From positions 1 to 64,000 of the IMG/VR virus record IMGVR_UViG_3300046542_000086: a DNA stretch of 64,000 nt. The stretch is one strand, 5' to 3'. Below are positions 1 to 6,950 of the stretch, in pieces (position 1 is the first letter of the stretch; each line of letters starts with the position of its first letter). The notes under the pieces were generated by a model, which saw only the letters and a program-made list of their open reading frames with translations, was not told the origin of the DNA and did not search any database. The DNA comes from a virus. Position numbers and translations under genes: made by a program.

Positions 1-217
1 CGACAGTAGTCCAGAAGAGTTCTAGAAGGTCGTGGTCTAACGCTTGAATGTCAAGATCGAAGGGATCTTGCAGGCCCAAAGCCATGCTTGCCAGCTCTTC
101 GAAACTCGAAGTCTGATCTTCCTCTTCACCCAACTCGTCAATGACGACAGGATTCAAGGCTCGGTATATCGTCAGGGCCTCCATTAAGTTGGTGGACACG
201 AAAGCAGCACGACCCAC
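1..217 (-). CDS. Partial hypothetical protein (MGRAAFVSTNLMEAL...), runs off the window edge; last visible member of the early small-gene array
   Basis: Hand-translated open frame from GTG at 217 with GAGG upstream; not in the ORF track. Confidence 0.6.
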   Translation of the reverse strand, partial: MGRAAFVSTNLMEALTIYRALNPVVIDELGEEEDQTSSFEELASMALGLQDPFDLDIQALDHDLLELFWTTV

Positions 218-228
218 AATAACCTCAC

Positions 229-582
229 TTAGCCGATGGGTTCCAATAGAATGGTGGAACTCACCAGCGACTGGAAACGGTACATCAAATGACCGGAACT
301 GTTATATAGACGCATCTGTGCCATACAGCGACCCAGTGCTTCTCCGTACTCCTTCAACGCTCGTGACAAGATCTCACCATCAGAGGTGAACTCCCCACGA
401 GTTGATGTTTCGGACAGTACGACTAGACAGTAGCGATCTAACTCGCTCATGTTATTACAGTCGCTGATGTGTTTAATTACTCTTTGGGTGAGATCCCCTA
501 GGTCGTAGTCCACTACTTCCATCATTGCAGTGGTGGTTCGAAACTGTTTAACCGCAGCAGCGCTGTTCAAAGCAACGTTCAT
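229..582 (-). CDS. Hypothetical protein, 117 aa, early array
   Basis: Co-oriented ORF in a tightly packed run. Confidence 0.75.
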   Translation of the reverse strand: MNVALNSAAAVKQFRTTTAMMEVVDYDLGDLTQRVIKHISDCNNMSELDRYCLVVLSETSTRGEFTSDGEILSRALKEYGEALGRCMAQMRLYNSSGHLMYRFQSLVSSTILLEPIG

Positions 583-591
583 AATTCACTC

Positions 592-623
592 GTCATAAAG
601 GGAGGAGTGCCTGAACACTCCTC
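592..623 (-). terminator. Hairpin with CTTTATGACG tail
   Basis: GAGGAGTG-TTCAGG-CACTCCTC followed by CCTTTATGACG on the minus strand. Confidence 0.6.
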
Positions 624-1035
624 ATTTATAAGATTCGACCAGCACGTTACCCCCGATCCATTGACGGTTACGGTGATACGTAAAGCCAAGGTAAGGTGAA
701 TACTGGCGGTACATGTCAGAGATCAGTGTGTGAATCTCCAACGCAAGGTTTGTCAGGTTGTGGAGTGCGATGGCTTCATCGTCGGTCAGTTCGCTGATAT
801 TCTGTTGCCCTTTAACATTGCACAGGAAGTGATCCTCTACAATGCTCATCACCGTCCAGTGCTTACTGTTAGGTAAGTTCAAGTCAGTGATGCTGAAGGA
901 CAATTCGGCAAGCCCCTTCAGGCTCACTTCATGCTCCAACAGATAGGGCTCCAGATGCCAGTAGTCCCGGAGGATTCGACTCACCGGGATCAAGATTGGA
1001 TTCGCTTGAGCTTTTTGGATACACATAGCAGTCAC
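622..1035 (-). CDS. Hypothetical protein, 137 aa, early array
   Basis: ORF in packed run. Confidence 0.75.
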   Translation of the reverse strand: MTAMCIQKAQANPILIPVSRILRDYWHLEPYLLEHEVSLKGLAELSFSITDLNLPNSKHWTVMSIVEDHFLCNVKGQQNISELTDDEAIALHNLTNLALEIHTLISDMYRQYSPYLGFTYHRNRQWIGGNVLVESYK

Positions 1036-1053
1036 TCGCTCGAGTGCATTAGC

Positions 1054-1425
1054 TTAACAACGTACTAGGTCTACGTAGTGTCCGTGGTTAGGATTCAACC
1101 GTAGATCGAAGTCGTAGTTCCCGTGTCTCAGAATCGGCTTCAGGTAGCGGGCTACTGTTACCTGTGCTCGGAGGTAGTTATCCTCATAAGCCAGTAGTTG
1201 ACCCTTGTGTGCCCTGAAGTATGCGTAGTCTAGTTCCGACAGGTGTTGCACCAGGAAGTCATCCATGGAGCAGATCACACTGGCGTCGTAGTCACTAGGG
1301 TCGCGTGTGAGTTCCCCGTAGATCACGCTATTGAGGAACTCGTCACGATCAACCCCAAGTTGGTTGAGAATGTCTTTATCCACTGGTGGGAGTAAGGCAT
1401 CCCGTATGTATAAACGCATGGACAT
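1054..1425 (-). CDS. Hypothetical protein, 123 aa, early array
   Basis: ORF with AGGAG RBS. Confidence 0.8.
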   Translation of the reverse strand: MSMRLYIRDALLPPVDKDILNQLGVDRDEFLNSVIYGELTRDPSDYDASVICSMDDFLVQHLSELDYAYFRAHKGQLLAYEDNYLRAQVTVARYLKPILRHGNYDFDLRLNPNHGHYVDLVRC

Positions 1426-1426
1426 G

Positions 1427-1921
1427 TCAGACTCCTAGGTATTGACGCAAGCTGGAAGACACCCAGTCACCGTTCTCCACACTACTCTCTACATCCTTTT
1501 TCAGGAGGTCGATGTGATTCTGGGGGTTATGGGGGCGACACCGTGCTAACTGCAACAGCTTGATGTCACCTCGTGGGGTCATGTCAAAGTGCCAACTCCA
1601 ATCGTCAGCATTCTCTTTGATCATTCTCCAGATGTAACGTTTGATAAAGTCGATCGCTTCTTCAACCATATCCTCAACTTCTGTTTGAGGGATAGCAGTC
1701 GAGTAGGAGCGAATCTGGTTCACCACAATCTCACGCGCTGCCATTACGTTGCCGTAGAAGCAGTTCTCAACCGTACCAGAGAGAATCCCGGCTAGGTTGA
1801 TGTACTGGGTAGCTGGACCCAAGTAGGGCTGTAGGCGCCCTTCCAGTTGCTTAATGATTGGCATCCCAGGAATGACGTATGTTGCCGCGAGCGTAGTGCC
1901 AATCCCAAATTCGGTAGTCAC
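1427..1921 (-). CDS. Hypothetical protein, about 164 aa, early array
   Basis: ORF overlapping the upstream gene; start uncertain. Confidence 0.75.
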   Translation of the reverse strand: MTTEFGIGTTLAATYVIPGMPIIKQLEGRLQPYLGPATQYINLAGILSGTVENCFYGNVMAAREIVVNQIRSYSTAIPQTEVEDMVEEAIDFIKRYIWRMIKENADDWSWHFDMTPRGDIKLLQLARCRPHNPQNHIDLLKKDVESSVENGDWVSSSLRQYLGV

Positions 1922-2393
1922 CTTTTAACTCCAACATCAAATTATTGCCTAACTGCTTGATTGTACAGACCTTCCACGTAGGTTCTGTCAGCAGTCTCAT
2001 CATGATCTGGTTCACGTTCCCTGCAATAGGGTCCAAGACTTGGTTATCCAATTCCGAGAAGAAGCAGTCACCCACACCAGGAGTAACCTGTTGTCCGACG
2101 GTTTGTTCGTAACCCGGCATCAAGCGAGCCAGTGCACCAGCGATGAATCCTGCTTCAAAGAATTCACGAGGGTACTGACCAAATACACGAGACAGCTTAC
2201 GATCGCTCTTCTCGAGCTCGTACCACTGGAACCACTGGCGAAGTTCCCGCAAGATAATCGCTTGTGCCAACAGACGGCACTTGTTGACGGTGATGTTAGG
2301 CACCATCTCAGGATGGCCGACCGTGATCAAGAAGTTATCAAAATGATACTTCAAGCTTAGCGCTGTAGCATCAACAGGGAATAGGAAATTCAT
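1851..2393 (-). CDS. Hypothetical protein, 180 aa, early array
   Basis: ORF in packed run. Confidence 0.8.
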   Translation of the reverse strand: MNFLFPVDATALSLKYHFDNFLITVGHPEMVPNITVNKCRLLAQAIILRELRQWFQWYELEKSDRKLSRVFGQYPREFFEAGFIAGALARLMPGYEQTVGQQVTPGVGDCFFSELDNQVLDPIAGNVNQIMMRLLTEPTWKVCTIKQLGNNLMLELKGDYRIWDWHYARGNIRHSWDANH

Positions 2394-2403
2394 TGGGTAG
2401 CCT

Positions 2404-2760
2404 TTAAAGGTACAGATACAAACCCGTGGGTCTGATCATCAACGTCAATTCACCTTCTTGGACCAAGTGGTGGTTACACGCCTTGATCTTCCGGTAAAGC
2501 TGGGTGCGCAGGGTGTTACGCTTGTCAATCAGGTGGATCAGTTTGTAAATGTCATTTGGCGCATTATCCTCACGGAATACCAACAACAGTGTACTTTCAA
2601 TGCAGTCCTTCAACCAGATAGTCTCGATGGTGATCATCAACCACTGGAGTTCGTGTTGCTTTAATAGATGTTGAAACTGAGGGGTGCTTAAGGCGTCCCT
2701 GATCTCAGCCTGCAATAGGATCTGCAAGTTCCGGTAATCAGTTACTATTTGTAAATCCAT
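2404..2760 (-). CDS. Hypothetical protein, 118 aa, first gene after an early promoter
   Basis: ORF starting about 35 nt downstream of a TATATTA motif. Confidence 0.8.
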   Translation of the reverse strand: MDLQIVTDYRNLQILLQAEIRDALSTPQFQHLLKQHELQWLMITIETIWLKDCIESTLLLVFREDNAPNDIYKLIHLIDKRNTLRTQLYRKIKACNHHLVQEGELTLMIRPTGLYLYL

Positions 2761-2789
2761 CGTTCTAACCTTTCTGAAGGTTTGTTCAA

Positions 2790-2812
2790 TTGGATAATAT
2801 AGGTCTCAAACT
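2790..2812 (-). promoter_or_regulatory. phiKZ-type early promoter (variant TATATTAT)
   Basis: Minus strand TTTGAGACCTATATTATCC matches the other copies in the window. Confidence 0.65.
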
Positions 2813-2899
2813 AATTAGGATGACCTCTATGCCCTTTGCTCTATAAGATCAGGGGTATGTGTCAACTTATACAGAGAGTCGACTGAGGAGGCTTACAGA

Positions 2900-2940
2900 C
2901 GGCATAAAGCCCCTCACCGGATAACCAGCAAGGGGCTTTG
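2900..2940 (-). terminator. Hairpin with TTTATGCCG tail ending the tRNA/ncRNA block
   Basis: AAAGCCCCT...AGGGGCTTT stem followed by ATGCCG on the minus strand. Confidence 0.7.
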
Positions 2941-2950
2941 CGCTTTCTAC

Positions 2951-3422
2951 TCGTCGGTCAGCTATCTGTGAGTGGAGTCAGGTCCCCTCTCGGCCAACCT
3001 CATGGCGTCGGATGTAGCCAGGCGTGTTTTCCCACCTCTCGCTCCTGACAGCGATGAGGATTACGGCTAGAACGTACGCACCCCTCCAAATGCCCGGCTC
3101 GGCTGGTAAAGGTAGGATTCCCGATGCGTACTCGATTTACTCTAAAGTAAACCCCCTAGTGTATTACCCTAAGTCTGGCCAGACCGAAGGAGCAATAGAC
3201 TAGAGGCTGCACTTTACCGGGGTGACCAACTATAATGTCGCACGCCCCGACTCTTTACAACTTGAGCCCTTCGCAGGGGCCCCGTATCCTTTACATCGGG
3301 TCTGAGTGCGAGTCAGGTTCCAATGCTTCCTGTAGTACGTCTGCATTCCAGGATGAGGTTGCAAACGCTCAGCCCTTACCGGGCGGAGATACGTGATCCT
3401 CCGCACTCGCAGAGGACGACGA
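2951..3422 (-). ncRNA. Candidate ~470-nt structured ncRNA
   Basis: No ORF of 60 aa or more; nested end-to-end helices 2951-2956/3417-3422, 2965-2974/3404-3413 and 2995-3003/3353-3361; GNRA-capped hairpin on the minus strand. Confidence 0.55.
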
Positions 3423-3429
3423 TTTAGTA

Positions 3430-3930
3430 CCCCCGAACCTACCAGCTCTCTTGGACATATAGTCGTTTGATTTTGGCTGTGGACGGGGGAATCAAGCTAC
3501 CCTCTCTCTTTGAGTCGTCTACGCTTACAGATTTGCCTTGAAGGGGATCTGATTTGTGGTCCGGTCCTAAAAAGTAGTAACCATATCCTACGACGAACAG
3601 GGGATTAGCCTGTGAGGGTACAACTTAGGGTGAGCGGGAAAGCCGAAACCTTCCAGACAGTTAGATGCCCGACGGGGTGGGGCCTGTCCAAGAGTTGGGT
3701 AGATAAAGTCCAACTCAAGACTTGCGATACGCTCACTTAGGGAGCCTTCTCTCTACGTCGGGAAGGTTTATGTTCCGTTGCGCAGTACCATGACCTCGTT
3801 TGACCGAGAGAAGACATTACTCTTTACCCCATTAGTTCCCTTATCCCTGATTACCCTGCGCGTCAGGTCGAACGTAGATAAGGTAGGCGCGACAATGTCG
3901 CCTCGTTTTACTTCTGTTCCCTAAGGAACC
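3430..3930 (-). ncRNA. Hairpin-dense non-coding block including a four-way junction (3630-3736)
   Basis: No ORF; GTGAGCG/CGCTCAC closing stem with three internal arms, one UUCG-capped. Confidence 0.45.
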
Positions 3931-3936
3931 TTCTAA

Positions 3937-4070
3937 TGGGCATCCACCGGCAAGACTCGAACTTGCGACCTCCCGCGCTTCCCTCGCGCTAAACCACCCT
4001 CGCTACCGAAGTAGCTATCGATGGAGCCTTGGGATTAGACGAGTGTTCTAACCGACTGAACTACGGTGGC
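3937..4070 (-). ncRNA. tRNA-like RNA with a 62-nt anticodon loop
   Basis: GCCACCG-TA-GTTC AGTCGGTTA GAAC-A-CTCGT[62 nt]GCGGG-AGGTC-GCAAG TTCGAGT CTTGC-CGGTGGA. Confidence 0.8.
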
Positions 4071-4085
4071 GACTACAACTTAAAT

Positions 4086-4173
4086 TGGCGGAAGAACAGA
4101 GATTCGAACTCTGGGGGCTGTTACACCCGACGGTTTTCAAGACCGTTGCCTTAAGCCACTCGGCCATCCTTCC
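4086..4173 (-). tRNA. trnS: tRNA-Ser(UGA)
   Basis: Full cloverleaf, ACGGT-CT TGA AA-ACCGT, long variable arm, G73, encoded CCA. Confidence 0.95.
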
Positions 4174-4199
4174 AGAAATGATCCAGGATTCTATTCACC

Positions 4200-4385
4200 C
4201 TGGGAGTCACCGTACAGCCAAGGCGGCGGCTGTAATTCATTGGGAACTGAGTAAGGATCGCATGAACCTACGACATCAATACTCACTCTGCCTACCGAAG
4301 ACAGAGCAACACCTCATCGGTTCGTAACGAGTGTGAGCCCGTTACGCTGAGGGTGGTTGGGTAGACACCAGCAGGCGCAGGTGTT
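4200..4385 (-). ncRNA. Candidate structured RNA between the ORF and tRNA-Ser
   Basis: Hairpins TACAGCC/GGCTGTA, CTCTG/CAGAG and CGTAACG/CGTTACG within CCTCA/TGAGG. Confidence 0.35.
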
Positions 4386-4387
4386 CT

Positions 4388-4645
4388 TCAAGTCAAGCCT
4401 TCGCTCGACTCAGTAACTTCAGCAGACCCTTTGACAGGGGCTTGCTCTTCACCTTGCGGCGAAGTGGTGTACACATGGGGAAACAAGGCATTGCATTGCT
4501 CCTTACTGTCTTTTCCGAAGATACGATTCAACGCCTCAGTGAAGCGGACTTCGTCTTCAGGGGTGGGTGGTGGTAAAGGACGACCTGTACAAGCGTGCCA
4601 TCCGACACAACCACAGAGAGAACAACCAGCTGCTGTTTGCGACAT
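4388..4645 (-). CDS. Small protein with a Cys/His cluster (CSLCGCVGWHAC)
   Basis: GAGGA RBS; co-oriented with the tRNAs. Confidence 0.7.
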   Translation of the reverse strand: MSQTAAGCSLCGCVGWHACTGRPLPPPTPEDEVRFTEALNRIFGKDSKEQCNALFPHVYTTSPQGEEQAPVKGSAEVTESSEGLT

Positions 4646-4664
4646 TTGGTAATCCTCAGAATGG

Positions 4665-4753
4665 TGGCAGTAGATGAGAGATTCGAACTCTCGAGGCCCG
4701 AAGACCTACACCCTTAGCAGGGGCGCTCCTTAATCCATCTCAGACAATCTACT
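4665..4753 (-). tRNA. trnS: tRNA-Ser(GCU)
   Basis: AGTAGAT/ATCTACT acceptor, CGCCC-CT GCT AA-GGGTG, UUCG-capped variable arm, G73, CCA followed by a second CCA. Confidence 0.9.
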
Positions 4754-4810
4754 GTAAAAGGGTGCTTCGATCATTACCCGGTGTGTGGTCTGTTTTTTGG
4801 TTTGTAGATC

Positions 4811-4898
4811 TGGTGGCCCCACCAGGATTTCGGGTTGTACCTGAAATGCTACCTCGGAGGGTAGAGTTATACCTTACGGCGTTTTTAACTACAGGGCC
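4811..4898 (-). ncRNA. tRNA-like RNA with expanded D and T loops and a 6-nt anticodon loop
   Basis: GGCCCTG/TGGGGCC-ACCA acceptor; GTTA/TAAC D stem; CTACC-CTCCGA-GGTAG; TCAGG/CCTGG T stem with a 13-nt loop. Confidence 0.7.
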
Positions 4899-4922
4899 TT
4901 TCTTACCACACCACTGATCGAA

Positions 4923-4995
4923 TGTCTTCTTAGGAGAATCGAACTCCCGTGAGTCGCCTGTGTGGCAACCGTTCTACCATTGAACTATCGAAGAC
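4923..4995 (-). pseudogene. Degenerate tRNA or tRNA mimic (loop CACACAG, no U33, two acceptor mismatches, no CCA)
   Basis: GTTC AATGGTA GAAC D arm, GTTGC/GCGAC stem, GGGAG TTCGATT CTCCT T arm. Confidence 0.7.
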
Positions 4996-5023
4996 GGGGC
5001 GAGTTGTTTCCCTTAGGTCTGTG

Positions 5024-5167
5024 CTTTCTGAGGTCGGATTCGAACCGACAAAGTCGCGTGCTCAAGCCATTACGCTGCGCACTGGACGGCACCCACAGAC
5101 AGGCGGCCCACTATGGGACTAGGGGATGCGATCCCCAGGGTATACCAATTCCCCCACTCGAGGGAAA
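5024..5167 (-). ncRNA. Leu-type tRNA-like RNA with a 72-nt branched variable arm
   Basis: GGG GAATTGGTATA CCC D arm, GGGGA-TCGCA-TCCCC, 72-nt insert, GTCGG TTCGAAT CCGAC T arm. Confidence 0.75.
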
Positions 5168-5195
5168 CAACTCTATCCACCCCTAAGGTGGAATT

Positions 5196-5272
5196 TGGCT
5201 CACCTTCTAGGACTCGAACCTAGGACACCTCGGTTAACAGCCGAGTGCAACTACCAACTGTGCTAAAGGTGA
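5196..5272 (-). tRNA. trnN: tRNA-Asn(GUU)
   Basis: TCACCTT/AAGGTGA acceptor, CTCGG-CT GTT AA-CCGAG, G73, CCA. Confidence 0.95.
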
Positions 5273-5281
5273 ATGAAACTT

Positions 5282-5521
5282 TTAACACATGACAGCAGGG
5301 CCAGTGTCACTATGACAAGGACAGGTACAAACCTTCTCCTCATCGCCATTTGGTTTTACCATGACCCAGTTACGGTGGGGTCTTGGTGAAGTGAAATCAC
5401 GTTCTTCAATACGAACAATCTCACCAAACAGTTTTCGAAGGCGTTCGACATCGGGTTGACTATCGTAACCGACCTTGAAAGTTGCTTGGGGGACACTGCA
5501 ACATCCGAACATGACATTCAC
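5282..5521 (-). CDS. Small Cys-containing hypothetical protein (CTCPCH)
   Basis: GGAG RBS; packed with neighbours. Confidence 0.7.
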   Translation of the reverse strand: MNVMFGCCSVPQATFKVGYDSQPDVERLRKLFGEIVRIEERDFTSPRPHRNWVMVKPNGDEEKVCTCPCHSDTGPAVMC

Positions 5522-5529
5522 TCCGGTGC

Positions 5530-5712
5530 TTAGGAAGCCGTTACAACTTCGGCAACCTTGATTTCGCGGTCGTCGTAGACAACACGATCAGCGGACTGAC
5601 CATCTTGCAGGACGAACTGTTCGTGAACTTCGCCAGTGACGCGATTCACGATGGTCACTTCTACATGCTTTTCAGCCGAGCAGTGAGCTTGAACTTTTAC
5701 AGAAGTAGTCAT
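5530..5712 (-). CDS. Hypothetical protein, 60 aa
   Basis: AAGGAG RBS, highly expressed codon style. Confidence 0.8.
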   Translation of the reverse strand: MTTSVKVQAHCSAEKHVEVTIVNRVTGEVHEQFVLQDGQSADRVVYDDREIKVAEVVTAS

Positions 5713-5722
5713 GATGACTCCT

Positions 5723-6184
5723 TTAGAGGGTTTCCAGGATCTGCCAGTCGTCAGCCAGTTGATCCGACTGAGCCGGAGTCCACGGGGTGAAGACGTTCTG
5801 AGCAGTCTTCATGCCGACCCATGGAGCTAAGGTTGGACACTCGTTGACACCGGGTTTGAAGCCAATGGTTGCGCAGCCTACGTCGTAATGACCAGGCTTA
5901 ACCATCACCAACCACATACCTTGACCATTCCACGAAGGGCGAGTAACTCGCTTACCTTGCTTCAGGGCTTCGATAGCGAGACCGAAGTTCAGAGCATCGC
6001 ATGGACGGTAGCTGTCCTCGAACACGGCTTTAGGCGACCACGACTGGTGACCGTTGTCGTATTCAACTAGGTAGCCTTCATCAGCACCGTTCTCGCCGGC
6101 AGGAAGTTCCCAGCCTTTACGGTGGTTGTACTCCAACCGAGTCATCGGTTTACCAACAACCTTCTTGGTGCCAATGTAGTTCAT
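5723..6184 (-). CDS. DUF2829 / Tad2-like anti-defence sponge protein with an extra N-terminal domain
   Basis: FGLAIEALKQGKRVTRPSWNGQGMWL...WTPAQSDQLADDW signature. Confidence 0.75.
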   Translation of the reverse strand: MNYIGTKKVVGKPMTRLEYNHRKGWELPAGENGADEGYLVEYDNGHQSWSPKAVFEDSYRPCDALNFGLAIEALKQGKRVTRPSWNGQGMWLVMVKPGHYDVGCATIGFKPGVNECPTLAPWVGMKTAQNVFTPWTPAQSDQLADDWQILETL

Positions 6185-6193
6185 GACTAATCC

Positions 6194-6355
6194 TTAACAG
6201 ACCATGATGGGCACTGGTATGCCCTGTTCTTTGCAAACACGCTCAAGGTTCTCCTGAGCATCCTGCCATTGCTTTAGCCTAGCGAGGGTTTCCTCACGAG
6301 ACTGGGGTTTGATCTTGGAACGATCCAGATCACGTAAGCGAAATGTACGTACCAT
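6194..6355 (-). CDS. Small protein, 53 aa (MVRTFRLRDLDRSK...PIMVC)
   Basis: Hand-translated; AAGGAG RBS; below the ORF-track cutoff. Confidence 0.7.
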   Translation of the reverse strand: MVRTFRLRDLDRSKIKPQSREETLARLKQWQDAQENLERVCKEQGIPVPIMVC

Positions 6356-6436
6356 GACCAACTCCTTAAAAAATGGGACTGTTGCCTCGAAAGGCTTAGA
6401 GTCTGTGACGACCCGACCCCGACAGTTAGCGGGATT

Positions 6437-6654
6437 TCAACGTAGGTTGCTTTATACCTGACTAAGCGACCAACCTGTTGAGGATTGGCTAGGGGTATGA
6501 TCCCTAGTTCTCTCTACGTTGATTTTCTGAAGTTGACAGAGGAGAAAGGCGGCTCGTTTTATCTCCCGACTTGTACCCATGCACCTTAATGAACCACTGG
6601 GCGGCTCCTTTGAGTGCGGTTCGGCTGTACCCTACCGTCTGTCAATCAACTTCA
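6437..6654 (-). ncRNA. Two adjacent end-paired structured elements (6437-6522 and 6528-6654) directly downstream of tRNA-Asp
   Basis: 9-bp closing stems TCAACGTAG/CTACGTTGA and TGAAGTTGA/TCAACTTCA. Confidence 0.5.
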
Positions 6655-6660
6655 AAAAAC

Positions 6661-6737
6661 TGGCGCCTCCGAACGGACTTGAACCGTCGACCCCTAGCGT
6701 GACAGGCTAGTGCTCTAACCAACTGAGCTACGGAAGC
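6661..6737 (-). tRNA. trnD: tRNA-Asp(GUC)
   Basis: GCTTCCG/CGGAGGC acceptor, CTAGC-CT GTC AC-GCTAG, G73, CCA. Confidence 0.95.
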
Positions 6738-6937
6738 GAAAAGGTCCTGAGGAAGATGGACTCTGCGATCACCCAGACTGTGCCTGTAGGTGCATCGCTT
6801 GTAGGCTCAAGGTTCGTATAGACAACCATGGGCCAAGAACAGTCTTGAGCGTGACGAGCTAGGCTTAGCACTTTAAAGCGCAGCCCACTAGGAGATTTGT
6901 ACTCTCTTAGTTCCTCGATACTCTCTAACATGTTCAT
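6728..6937 (-). CDS. DUF1653-like small protein
   Basis: Y...G..FKVL..ARH.....MVVY..L......WV.....F pattern; GAGGA RBS. Confidence 0.7.
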   Translation of the reverse strand: MNMLESIEELREYKSPSGLRFKVLSLARHAQDCSWPMVVYTNLEPTSDAPTGTVWVIAESIFLRTFSLP

Positions 6938-6950
6938 TCCTCAAATAGGT

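Noticed and set aside
3474-3502. tmRNA-like 3' end (CTTGATTCCCCCGTCCACAGCCA)
   Set aside because: Poor T stem, no matching 5' acceptor strand, no tag ORF found
3695-3715. RNase P RNA motif (GATAAAGTCC versus GAGGAAAGTCC)
   Set aside because: Partial match only, on the opposite strand to the block, with no partner P4 strand
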